Both the position numbers and the translations under genes were made by a program. Below, in pieces: positions 40,719 to 52,482 of a stretch of 64,000 nt of DNA. Each line of letters begins with the position of its first letter. Within the stretch, counting starts at the first letter, position 1. The notes under the pieces are model-generated. The model did no database searches and was not told the DNA's origin. It was given only the letters and a program-made list of their open reading frames with translations. Origin of the DNA: Chlorokybus atmophyticus (Eukaryota > Plantae > Mesostigma and Chlorokybus algae); the NCBI GenBank assembly GCA_009103225.1, contig RHPI01002438.1, forward strand, positions 238,271 through 302,270. The letters are read 5' to 3'.

Positions 40719-43205
40719 ATGGCATCATTGGCTGCGTGTGCGATGCTGCCAGCAGCGGTTTCTTGCAACAGCAGACCTCGTCCTTTCGGTAGTGCTCAAA
40801 CCAGGCTGCAAGACTGCAGCGCCTCCTGTGTCTGGGGCGGGCTGCGGCGGCCGGCCGGTATTGTGGCACTGTCTGCTCCTGCCTCCTGCCTCCTGCAGCA
40901 AAACCAGCAACAATGCCGGCAAGGACTTCTAGAATGGAAGCACCCACGCCATGCCAATGGGCCCTCTTCAGCTGCTCCTCGTGTGACGGTCGTCAAAGCA
41001 ACTGCTGCACCCAGCAGCACCGATGACGATGGCGTTGCCGGTTCCCAGAGCTTCACTGGTAGGCAATGCAGGCAGTTTTGGTCCGGACTCCTATTTGACT
41101 TGTTCCTCAGCTGAGTGCTGGTGTATGCATGTAGGCAAGACACGCTGTCGGCAGCAATGCAATGGTCAGTTACTCCATTACTGCAGGAGCCATTGAACCA
41201 GAGAAATTGTTCAACCGACAATACGAGCTGGACCAGCAGCGCTTAATGAGCCGCTACCAACCCAAAGGCATCGTTGTCATCCATGGCCCGCGCTCGTGTG
41301 GTAAAACCAAGATCCTGAAGACCTATGTCAAGGTGAGGGGCTTGGAGGGTACACGATGTTATTTTTACTGCCGATCAGTACCTCTCACGACACCGCGTGC
41401 AATGGCAGACGCACTGCTCGAGCTGCATGTGTAAGGCTGGCTCTCCAGCTGCCAGAAGCGTCCATGTTTGCGCTGGCCTTCCGGCCAGCCTTGGATGTGC
41501 TGAGAGTGGTGCTCAGGGCGGCTATCTCACAGAAGATGGATGACTCGACCTCGGTTTTCACGAAGCTCGAGAAGATATCTGGAGTCAGCAAAAGCTTTCC
41601 TCAACAAGTCCGAGACTGCCAACCTCATGCAGGACCCACTGGGAGCCGTCCTCGACGCCTATGGTGCTGTTTTGGACATGTGGGCAAGAGCGCGACAAGA
41701 GGGCAAACTGGCAGCTGCTGTGGACCCCGGCCATGTCCTAATCATTGACGAGGCGAACCTCTTTATGTCATGGGCTCATTATAATCAGCCTCAGCTAGAC
41801 CAACTCTTAGCGTTCTTTGTGCGAGCAACGAAGCAAATGGGCCTATGCCATGTCATCTTTGCGTCTACCGAATTTGCCTTCCTCAAATGGATAACTAGGA
41901 GTAAGTTGTAGATTGTGCTTGCCTCTTACAGCCTATTGGCAAACATTTGCGCATGCATGGGTGTGTGCAGGAGTAGGTGTAGACATTTGTCCAGCCTATG
42001 TGTTTGGCGACTTCGCAGAGAGTGATGCCCGAGAGTATCTCGGCAAGCAACTGCAATCAAACGGGCACAGTGGCGTTCTTGACGACCATGATGGGGCGCT
42101 TGTTTATGAGGTGTGTATATCGCATGATGTGTCTTGCACCATATGCATATGTGTATGTGCACATGCTGTGCCGATTTTTTTTGCTTGCAGGTATGTGGTG
42201 GGAACGCAAGTCGATTGAGAAATGTGGTTACCTGATACATGCGCGAGAGGTCATGGGAGGAAGGTGAGTGTTTTGGTATTAACTGTAGTAGGAGTGTTCA
42301 ACAGGGTTCACATGTGGTATGCGGTGTTTGGTGTGGCCAAAAGCATTGCGAGGGCGTTAACTGAACATGTGCGCGTTTTGAGACATGGAGGAACGAGAGC
42401 CGCCTCCTGTTATTAATGAGTATTGTTGTGCCGCAGTGGAGGATTCTCTCATTGACTCTCGCACAAAAGTCATGATGGGGTATACAAGCACTGGCAGCGG
42501 CGGCTTCGCAGGCGAAATTATAGCACAGCCGCTGAGGCAATTGTGCAATCCAGTTATGCCGCTGTGGGTGCAGCGGCCCTAATGCGGAAGACTTCAGATA
42601 CAGCGGTTGATGCCATGATCGAGGCCAACCTGCTTGATGTTCGGGCATCACCCAACTGGGCACGTGACCTGGACGAGCGTGCTTTCACCTCTCAAGACAA
42701 CACCCGGGTGCTAGTTGCACCGTGTGCAGGGCACCTCGCAATCATGCGGCAAGTCTCCAAAGCGCAAAAGGTAGCTGACCTTGCATCGGTGAGGCGTCGG
42801 GCTTCCGATTGACGTCATGTGCATGCTCAGCTTGAGCATGATGCATATACTTTGCTTGTGATGCACAACGCCAACGCCATTCATGCAGGTTCGTTGTGGG
42901 TGTCGTTATTAGGCACGAGGATCAAGTTGTTGCCGACTGTTGAATCTTGTCTTGCATGCGACGACAGGGTGCAACACCAGCAGCACCATCGCCTGCTGAA
43001 AGTGAGACGCGATGATGAGCTCATCAAAGCCCGGGCCAGCCTTGCCCGCATCGAACAAGACATTGCAAAAACGCAAGCAGACATCAAGAAGGCACGGATT
43101 ACGCAGAGAGATGGTTGGCAGGAGGACATTCGGACCCTCCTCAGAATGCTTGAGCCCATGCGAGTTGCACAGAGCATGTTGACGGAGACCATCTTCTCCC
43201 GTTGA
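40719..43205 (+). pseudogene. P-loop ATPase (archaeal ATPase_2/AAA-like) with a plastid-transit-like N-terminus; multiply disabled
   Basis: FNRQYEL...Walker A GPRSCGKT and Walker B LIIDEAN are present. There are frameshifts at about 41430 (TAA 41432-41434), 41560-41600 and 42510, and an in-frame TGA at 42233-42235 within an otherwise well-bounded exon. Confidence 0.75.
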
Positions 43206-44400
43206 CATGGCAGCAATGCTACCTTTGTGCAGCGAGCATTATTGGCTTGCCACCGTTGCGTCAGGCTGTTGTGCTGGAGCGTGAATAGCAGCAGGATACC
43301 GTTGAGAGTGAGCAGCACATAGCCGGCAAGGTTATCTAGTGTGAGAGTTGTACATGCAGCAGTGGGTTTGAATTGTAACTTGTACTGTGCTTGCTTGTAC
43401 GTGTTGTACTAAGTTTACCTCTGCCTACCGCTGTGCTCACGCAAATCGTGTGCGGCACAATCCATACCTGAGTGCCAGAGTGCATTGTAGTGTTTACTAG
43501 CTGCGAGTCGCACTTGCGTGCTCCAAAGTTGGTGGGACTCGTGTGCATTGCCTACTGCCCCCTCATACGTACACATCTGGTTATTATAGGCTTTCCGGTG
43601 GTACTGATGCAAGTGTGCTCACACGCGCATGCATGCAAGCAAACAACACAAACACACACACAAGTAGGCAGCAGCAACGCAGTATGTGCAAGTCTCACCG
43701 CGTCTCTTGACACAATCTTGTGATGCTGCGTTGCTATGTACTGTTTACAGGTAGCCGCCTTAGTGGACCACTGCGAAGATTTACATCCCGACCAACACTC
43801 TGCATGAGAGTCAACCATGTGCATTGAGAGATGAGCATGCTGCACAAGTAGGCAATGCTTGCACAAGTCAACAACAGGCGGCCTTGTACAGTGCATTGAC
43901 ATAATGAGCGTAGCTGCGCGCTTGCTGCATCACAGGATGAATCACTCTACTCTCGCAAAAAACAGTTGTTGTGTCCAATTAGTCACAACAGAGCCAAGCC
44001 AGTTCCTTCCCGTACTTTCTAAGTGTGAAACACCTTCTCCTTCATGTACGAGTCAAGGCTCATACGCTGCCGATCAGATCTATGACAAGCAATTGAGGAT
44101 GTGGGAGAAGTAGCATATATGTAATAGCAATTGCACAGGCATCCAGCCCTGTCTTACAGCGGACTAGCCAAACAATCAGCTTGGCACTTTAATCTCGCAC
44201 AGTACTCAGCATACACACATAACAGAGGGGCAGTAGTGGTAGACATAGAGGTAGTTAGCAGGCAGCATACAGGCGCGTTGCGCCAGTGGTCGATGTGGTG
44301 AGTGTTGATGGTGTTGGTTGAATTGCATGTGCACGTAGGTTTGCATGTCATGCATTCCCTCTTGCATCTTTTGTACTCCTTAATCAACGTGCAGGAAACC

Positions 44401-46698
44401 CTATCCATCACATGCAAGGCAAGCGTCAATATGACTATTGACGGCCTCAACATCCACGGCGTCGAGCGAGTTGCCACATATCGGACACACAGCAGTACTC
44501 GAGGAGCCCTGTGCTTGCTTTGACGGTTGGCATGCTTCAACCAGATCTTGTGGACTTGAGGCTTGTGCGGGCCGCTTTTCTCGTGCAACATGGCTTGAAG
44601 GTGCTGCAGAAGCAGTCGTAGTTGGCGCACCCCACCGTTGCATGACTGCATCCAAGCAATTGCGCCGCACCTGCAGCAGGAGGCAACAGCTTGTGCAAGT
44701 GCGAGTGCGAGTGCCATCTTGCATAATCACTCAAAGTGCAATGAAGCGTTTTTGGGCATGACAGCGACCTAGCCATCATACCTCATTCGTGGATGCGGCC
44801 GCTCCTTGCGCGTCTGTGGTATGCTCACACTGACTGCCGCCATCATCTTCTACGGCTCTTGACGATGATAGGGCTGCAGTGATATTCCGAGGAGTGAAGA
44901 AATCGGTGATTGGTTTGACGCTCGCTGTGTCGCTAGCACTTGGTTTCCTTCTGGACTTTGGCTCAGGCTGTTGCGGTGCTTGTGAAGTGCTGGCCACTGT
45001 GTCTGCGCCTGATACACAAAGGTTCCTCTTAAGTGGCATACTGTGTGACCATCCTTTGCCATCGCAAGCATGCTGTATGCACATTGAGGTGAGTACAATC
45101 AAAGGTGATGCCCGTTGCAACTATCCTAAGTGCTCTGTGGAGGGACAACAGTTGAGCAATTGTTTGTGTTCACCTTGTGCCTTGCGCTTTTTGTCCTTGT
45201 AACCTGGCGGCTCTGCAACTTTCACAAAAGCGCCACCGCAAGTGCGCTCGTGCCTGTGAAAAGAAGCGCGTTTGCCACTAGCATGTGGGGTACACATACA
45301 GAGACAACACACTGCCACAGCGCTGCACTCACGTGTGCCAGTTACAGCGGGAGTCGGTGCACGTGGCATTGCCGTCCCCACGCGCGCGCCGCAGCTGCAT
45401 ACAGTCTTTCGCTGAAGGCGCCCTGTTCATTGCGCGCTTAACCATTTCGCCACATTTTTCGCACTGCGACAATATGCCAGCAGTATGGCAGCATTAACTA
45501 ATTATTCATTGCTGGAGAAGTACAAGTAACCTGAGACAACTGGCAGTGGGCAGCGCATTACCCTATCAGAACATAAGACGAATGGCGATTCTTGTGCAAT
45601 GTACCTTCCAATGGTGGGTGCGGTAGTTGTTCACTTCGTCACGAAAGCTGTGATAGATTGTCACATGGTACCCGCCGCGCGGCCGCTGTCAACAATAGAT
45701 GTGAAACACTTGTCTACTGCAATGGTTATGGGCAAGGTTGAGTACAGCAGCAACCTGAGGCTGACCATGTAATCGTTGACACTGCTCGTGTTAATGGCGT
45801 TCATGATGGCTTGGAAGTTGGGACCGTGATCACTGCACTTCAGCACACAAGGCACAACAGGTCACAAACCCAACATGAGTATGATATGTGCGTGCGCTGC
45901 GTGCTAGACTTCATTCAGTGTCAATACAGACCACACTCACTTGTGGTCTGTATTGTTGTGAGTAAGGAACAAGTAGGCGTGAATCATCTCGTGCAGCAGC
46001 GTCTCCTTCATGTCTTTCAGGGGGCGGTACTTGAGCAGTGGTTCGGACAGCTTGATTCTGCATCCGCCTTGACGCGTGTACTCGCAAACACCTGCACACC
46101 TGCTCAAGATATATGCAAAGAGGAAGACTGTCAGCACGCTGGCCGAGTCGCAGGAAGACAACATGGTAACATGCCTAATACTTTGCAAAGCCAACTTTAA
46201 GTCTGTATGTGTGAGGGGTGTGAACAGGCAATAAGCAGCTTGTGCGACGGGCAGACATGAACAAAGCCCAGGGGCCCAAGCACTGCAAGGTGCCAAAATC
46301 ATGACAAAAATATGGCATGCAAGTGACTATGCCACGCCAGCTGTGGGCAGATAGACACATTGCAGGCTAAGGCACTGACAAGTGCAATCGCCTGACGTGC
46401 AAGCTAAGGAAAGACAGAAGGCAAAGCGGAAAAAAGCCCAAACACAGTCTTTTGCACAGAGACCAAGCTTGAGCGCATTTATACGTCATGCATGCTTGCT
46501 GTTGTTGCGTGCTTACAGCGTCATGCGCCCTGACGACCAGTGCACGGAGCAAGCGCCGAGCATGTCGTCAAAATACAGCCTGGAGTAGTGGCAAAAGAGG
46601 GCGTGCATGTCCGGCCACTCCTCAGTCGCCGCCACAACGTCGTCATCCTCAGCGTCAAGAGCAGCCGCCACCTCCGCCGCCGCCCACTCCTCGTCCAT
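44401..46698 (-). CDS. SPRTN: SprT-like DNA-dependent metalloprotease Spartan (SprT + PIP-like box + UBZ4 finger)
   Basis: LFCHYSRLYFDDMLGACSVHWS.RMTL/CAGVC...IKLSEPLLKYRP...ETLLHEMIHAYLF (HExxH)/HGPNF...M..IN/YHSFRDEVNNYRTHHWK/HERTCGGAFVKVAEP; KPITDFF (PIP-like); CPICG...VNSHIDACL (UBZ4). Confidence 0.9.
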
Positions 46699-46729
46699 AG
46701 CTCCCACCCAAACCCTCGGCCAGCGACCA

Positions 46730-46816
46730 GGCCACACCAGACCAGGACGGACCAAGCCTAGCCAGGCCAAGGGGGGCCAGGCCGGGTCAGGCCAAGCCGG
46801 GCCAGGTCAGGCCAAG
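46730..46816. repeat. Degenerate pentamer array (CCAGG/CCAAG/CCGGG/TCAGG) between the SPRTN and TMEM161 start codons
   Basis: gaccaggccacaccagaccaggacggaccaagcctagccaggccaagg...gccaggccgggtcaggccaagccgggccaggtcaggccaagg. Confidence 0.8.
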
Positions 46817-46834
46817 GGTGTATAGTGGAAGGCG

Positions 46835-49523
46835 ATGGTGTTGTCGGGGGCGGCGCAGGCGGCTTGGAGCTTGGTGTACGTGGCGGCGGTGGTGGGTGTG
46901 GCTGTCGTGCTGAGCGTCAGCAAGGGCCTCGCCACCAGAGTGATCACTGGCCTGCAGTCCTACCATGTGGCCTCGGTAGGAAGCATGCAGCAGCAAGCAT
47001 GAACAGTATACACCTGCTTGTCAAGCTTACCTTACCTGGAGAAAATGCTCTATCTGTTGTGTGGTTGTGTGTGTCTTATGGTTTCCCCAATTTGTTTTGT
47101 TGTTGAAAGAGACAACAAGTTGTGTCAGTGTGTGGCAAGGTCAGATTACAATCATGTTGATCCGCTTGCCACAACTGTCGCAACCATCAGAAGCACGGTT
47201 AGGTTCTGTTAAGTAGTTTGCCCAATCCATGCAGAGAACGTGCTTTCGCCACATAGTTTGGGTCTGCATTGCATTGCATTGCACACACAAGGCACGGATC
47301 TTTATACACGAGCAAGCGTGTTGAGCTGCTGAACGTGTCACAGTTTCAACGAGAGATGTCAATGACAACTGCCAATCCTGCAATGCTTACGACAATAACT
47401 AGCAAGCGGGCGCACGCGCATACACGACCAACAACAGTATGCTTTCCTCATAGCCTGATGATGGAGAGGCGGTGGCGGGCAGCAAAGGTGCTCCCTCTCA
47501 CCAGCAGCCTCAGCAGAAGAAGAAAGGGGACTCATCGCAAAACCTGCAGCTGGTGGTTTCGGATGTCACGAGCACGGCCGTGCGCACCAACCGCTTCTAC
47601 ATCTCGTATGAACAGGTGAGACCACTGTGGCCAACACATAGAGAGATAGCATCTCATTATTCGTGGTGTCATTCCTACAGAAGTGTTTTTGCAGTTTGCC
47701 TTGCTGTTTGCAAGACTCTTCACTGCTCTGAAGCAAGCAAGAGTTTTGTCACCATTTGTAATGTGCAAGAGTGTGACAAGCCAACCATTACATTCATGCT
47801 GCATCAACCAGGTAATGTTTTTCGCGGTGTGTTCCATCATCCACTTCGTGGCGTCGGAGGTGCTCAGGCGTTTGGGCCTGCCCATCACGGACCACGGCTC
47901 CTACCTGGTCCTCGGCGCAGTCAGCTCCGTGCTCAATAGCGTACTGCAAACGCAGAGAGACAAGGCAGGTGACTTATACAGACAATAAGTAGACATGCGC
48001 ATGTGCTATGCTGCCATCACATGCACGCACGTGCATATGCGCGTGTTTGCAGATGTTGACAATGTTGTCTTGATGTCTTTGCAGACAACATGCCCTCCGC
48101 TTGAAAAGACCGTCGCAGTTATTGCTGGAGTGGCCTCTGCGGCATTCGCTGCGGCCGCGCTGTGGCTGCTGCCTGCAAGTTTTGTCCACTTTGACATCGA
48201 CACGGGCGCTGCTGAACTGTTCCCAGCCATGCAAGCGTACCTCAAGGTGAGAGGGCCATTGTGGCGGCGTATACTTCACAGTAGCGTAACAGTCCTCTCT
48301 TTGTGTGGCTTGTTGTATGACACAGAGGTTGAGATGCATCGGGCTTTACTGTTACCTTAATTTGCTGTTGAATATCCAGCGTAGTACATAACAAACCCGT
48401 GCGTGTAACAAAGTAATCTGCAGGCCAACCGCGATCTTGACCTCACGCTGCCGTCAATACCCCCTGCAGCAATCAAGCTCCTGCTCACAGCTGCCGCTGC
48501 TGCCATTGGAGGGTTGCTTGCGGCCCCCGCACTGAGGTCAAGTCTATTGGCTGTGATTTGAGGCATGTTGGCACAAAGACAACAATGTGTACTTTGCAAG
48601 CCAATGGTATCGATGTGTTTGCCAACACCTCTGGCGCAGATCGATGCGATGCTATCATCTGGCGACAGAACCGCCGGCAATCTTCGACTCTGCTGCTGCG
48701 GTGTCTGTGGCCGGCCCCTTCGCACGGCTTGCATTGCACGTGGCGGTGGCCATGCCAATGTTGTGCACGACGCTGTGGATCAAGCCGCTGTGGAGTCCAT
48801 TGATCCAATATAGAGCCACAGGTACACGAGAGTGACGCATGGTCAGTACCTGTTCAATTGTGCTCGTCACTGATCTGTGCATGTGCGGGTCAGGAGGATT
48901 GCCATGGAGGCTCTCACCTTCCCAGTTCGATGACTTTCGCATGTGGGCTTTGGTCGCTTGCGGACTGGAGGGCGTGCTTACGCTGCGCCTCTTGCTGCGG
49001 GCGTACTTGCAGTCTGCCATCGTGCAATGGTTTGAACTTCGCCATCAGGTGACGTATCGCAGCCACCTTCCTACACACTTTGCAAACATGCGTGCATCAG
49101 GAAGTTGAGCGTGCCACTATCCTTGCGATCCAATACAAGTGCGAGCACATGTTATCACACATACAGTCTGTTACGCACTGTAAGACGTTACATAACCACA
49201 ACACATGTTATCTATCTTTTTTGCAGGATGCGCAGGCGGTCTCCCACAACCTGTTGTACGCGAAGGTGGAGCTGACCAACCTGCTGTTCTGCAAGGTGGC
49301 TGTGCAGCTGATTTCCGGGCCGCTGCTGGTCCTGCTTTTCGCGGGGCTCTTGCGAGGCAAGCTGCTGTCGCATGCCAGCAGTGACGAGCTGCCCGGCTCG
49401 TTCATCATCCCGCCGTCGCTGTGGCGCGCCACACTCTCTTTCCTCGCGTGGTGGACGTGCGCAGCGTGGACCGCCATGACTGCGACTGTGCTAGCACTGT
49501 ATCGCTTTGGGTTCTTGCACTAG
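46835..49523 (+). CDS. TMEM161: Transmembrane protein 161 family member
   Basis: Multi-pass exons include IGGLLAAPALRSMRCY, LRLLLRAYL, KVAVQLISGPLLVLLF and LWRATLSFLAWWTCAAW...LYRFGFLH*, matching the TMEM161 pattern (xxxPxLRxA; R.HLQAYL; LxxLxWW). Exon 1 is 46835-46975. Confidence 0.75.
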
Positions 49524-49749
49524 CTGGCCAAACCACCATTTACTTTTTGTTGTGATTGCGTGTGTGCGCGCATCAGAATCAACATTTGTTCGCGCTCACA
49601 AGATTGCAATTGCACAACCAACACTACATGTTACGCAGCATATGCTTTCATGACACATGCAAACAGGCGCACTCCGACTGCTGACTTGCTTAGCGATCTG
49701 CTGACATACAGGCGTTGTTGTGGTCTTCACCAGATAGGAAACTGCTACA

Positions 49750-50680
49750 CCGGGTATTGATTTGGACGCACGGCAAGACAACAAACGCGCAAGAGAATCT
49801 TCCTGCACGACATCAGGAGAGGCGCCAGAGAAAGCAGAGTTCAGAAGTTGATTAGAAGGTGTTTGTGACTGTTGTTGACAGCAGCAGCGAGGTGGCTGTG
49901 ACCTGCAAAGGCATGACGCAGGTCACACACTCAACCACCCACCCACCCACAGAGTTTGTGTGTGTGGGCATATACTGCTGTCACATGAGCTGGAGCGAAC
50001 AAAAGCGCTGGGCGGGAAGAAAGTAGTGACGGCAATGATCTCAAAGCAGCATCAGGAGGCTCCTTCTGACGCTGCTTTGAGAGTCCGAGGGCCATTGAAA
50101 ATTATTGGAAAGCGGCTGGCACAAGCACGCCCTGGCCCGTGGTCAGCGTGCCGTTGAAGACGCCGTCAGGTGTTGCAAACTCAATCTGCACACGTCCCTG
50201 CCACACACCCACATTGGTATGAATGGTAGATGTTATTATACTGTAACCAATGCCTTGGCCCCACCTGGTTGATACGCACCATGCGTGCGGCGGTGCTTCT
50301 GTAAGCGTGAATCATTGTGCGCGGACCTGCAAGCTTTCACGCGCGCGGGAAGAGAGGGGGGGGGGGCGGGGATCTGTGGAGGATGACTCCCGGGGTGAAG
50401 GCGGTGGCGAAGGATATTGACTGGATGGAGTTGGTGAAAGGATTGGAGCGGCCGATGGGCGTTGTAGGAGGGTCTGCGGTGACGGACACACGAGTGCGAG
50501 CATATGCATGCAGTGTCGTTCACACTGCCAGCAGCAGCGAGCGCACTTCCTGCATTGGGACAATGTTCGTGAAGTTGGTCGAGCCAGGGATTGCCTTGAC
50601 CATTGGTGAAGTCACAAGCTCCGGCAAAGCACTGTCACATTGTTCTCGCTAACTGCCCCATTTGAAATCTACAACATCAT
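49750..50680 (-). pseudogene. Disabled paralog of the bicupin gene (C-terminal cupin exons only)
   Basis: High nucleotide similarity to 57560-58465 (e.g. tgttgcaaactcaatctgcacacgtccctg in both). It carries an in-frame TGA at 50052-50054, a frameshift in the last exon and a G-run insertion at about 50355; no 5' exons are recognisable. Confidence 0.85.
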
Positions 50681-50921
50681 ACAGTCAGTAGTAGTCCATC
50701 TAAGCACACCTATTGAAACCATGATGAGGCTGAGCTTATGGGAATGCCAGTGTACATTGACAAGCATGCGGATAGCTGCAGCCATGCACGTCAAAATGTG
50801 TCCTCATCATTGCAGTGACATGGGTCACAACATCACCTACAACCATGCTTCTGCTCCACCAACATACTACCCCAGCAACATAGCCCTAAACAGTACAATC
50901 AACAATGACAGCGGCTTCGGG

Positions 50922-51195
50922 ATTCTACTCGAGCCATTTCTGCACCATTAAACCGGCCAGCACAAGTAATACGAATACGTTCAACATATTTACATCTTTT
51001 TATCTCTTTAATGATCTGTCTGGAAATTTTGCGAAAAGATTCCCGTTTTTCTAGCTTAAATGCTATATCTATTGCTACTAACTCTGCACTTTTAAAGGGT
51101 TCTTTAATTTTAACGGGACGTATCGATGTATGACATAAGGTCCCATTAGAAATTATCGATTTTATATGATTTGTAAGATTTAAAATCTTTTGAGA
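50922..51195 (-). other. rps3: Organellar DNA insertion: rps3 fragment, most likely mitochondrial (NUMT)
   Basis: An abrupt AT-rich intronless patch translates as VKIKEPFKSAELVAIDIAFKLEKRESFRKISRQIIKEIKRCKYVERIRITCAGRFNGAEMARVE, the C-terminal domain of ribosomal protein S3. It stops before the ...IDY terminus. Confidence 0.85.
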
Positions 51196-51973
51196 TCTCT
51201 GAAGCGGCACCCCTGAACAATAACGCCTCGCGCTGTGTATCAGGCTGTGTCACACCAACGCCTGCAGCACCTCTTCACAAGTTCAAGGCCCTTGCTGAAT
51301 CATACTGTGTTGCAGGAGGTGGGTCCAGGTTAAGGTGGGAGGCGGCGGCACTGGCAGCGGCTTTCCTGGAGCTGCGGCTTGCTGTGGTGTGGAGGATCCA
51401 CAAAGCAGGAGGAGGCAGTGGTGTTTTGCATGCTGACCATGGGCGGCGTCGCCCTCCGAACTGGTCCCCACACTGCCATGCACGGGTGTGTGCCAGTGCT
51501 AGTGAGAGAGAACATGTTTGTGAGGTTGCACACGTGACTGTCGACCTTGTCGACCATTGATGCCAAAAGCACAAGCACGCTTTCTATTGCTGGTGTGCAG
51601 TCGGTGCACGTCATTGCACCACCTGTACACCAGACTTTTCCGGCTGCAAGCATTGTCAATGTCGCTGTACATCAGCATTGCCGCATGCATGTGGGTGCAT
51701 GCGTTTTACTGTACGTTTTGGGCGTTACAACCTCAAGACATTTGGGTGTGTTGTCGCTGCAGACCAGCAATGGAGAACCCGCTTGAAGAAGCAATGGGCA
51801 CGTCAGCTCCCCTTACCAACCTCAATGGTAAGCTGATAACCACCACAAAGAATACTTACTATTCATGACATCATGTCATGAATAGTAAGTGTATATATCA
51901 TGATGATATATACATATATCCATCATGCGTTTGGTGGGGTGTGTGGGGGTTGTGCAATGTACCTTCCAATGGT

Positions 51974-52482
51974 NNNNNNNNNNNNNNNNNNNNNNNNNNN
52001 NNNNNNNNNNNNNNNNNNNNNNNNNNNNNNNNNNNNNNNNNNNNNNNNNNNNNNNNNNNNNNNNNNNNNNNNNNNNNNNNNNNNNNNNNNNNNNNNNNNN
52101 NNNNNNNNNNNNNNNNNNNNNNNNNNNNNNNNNNNNNNNNNNNNNNNNNNNNNNNNNNNNNNNNNNNNNNNNNNNNNNNNNNNNNNNNNNNNNNNNNNNN
52201 NNNNNNNNNNNNNNNNNNNNNNNNNNNNNNNNNNNNNNNNNNNNNNNNNNNNNNNNNNNNNNNNNNNNNNNNNNNNNNNNNNNNNNNNNNNNNNNNNNNN
52301 NNNNNNNNNNNNNNNNNNNNNNNNNNNNNNNNNNNNNNNNNNNNNNNNNNNNNNNNNNNNNNNNNNNNNNNNNNNNNNNNNNNNNNNNNNNNNNNNNNNN
52401 NNNNNNNNNNNNNNNNNNNNNNNNNNNNNNNNNNNNNNNNNNNNNNNNNNNNNNNNNNNNNNNNNNNNNNNNNNNNNNNNNN
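51974..52482. other. Assembly gap (N) immediately upstream of the TNL
   Basis: Run of N. Confidence 1.

Noticed and set aside
42233-42235. In-frame TGA in the ATPase as selenocysteine or a variant genetic code
   Set aside because: The same gene has several frameshifts, and conserved genes (NDUFV1, RRP4) use TGA and TAG as normal stops with no internal stops.
50899-51210. rps3 as a functional nuclear-transferred gene
   Set aside because: It is only a C-terminal fragment with no targeting peptide, start context or introns, and it retains an organellar AT-rich composition.
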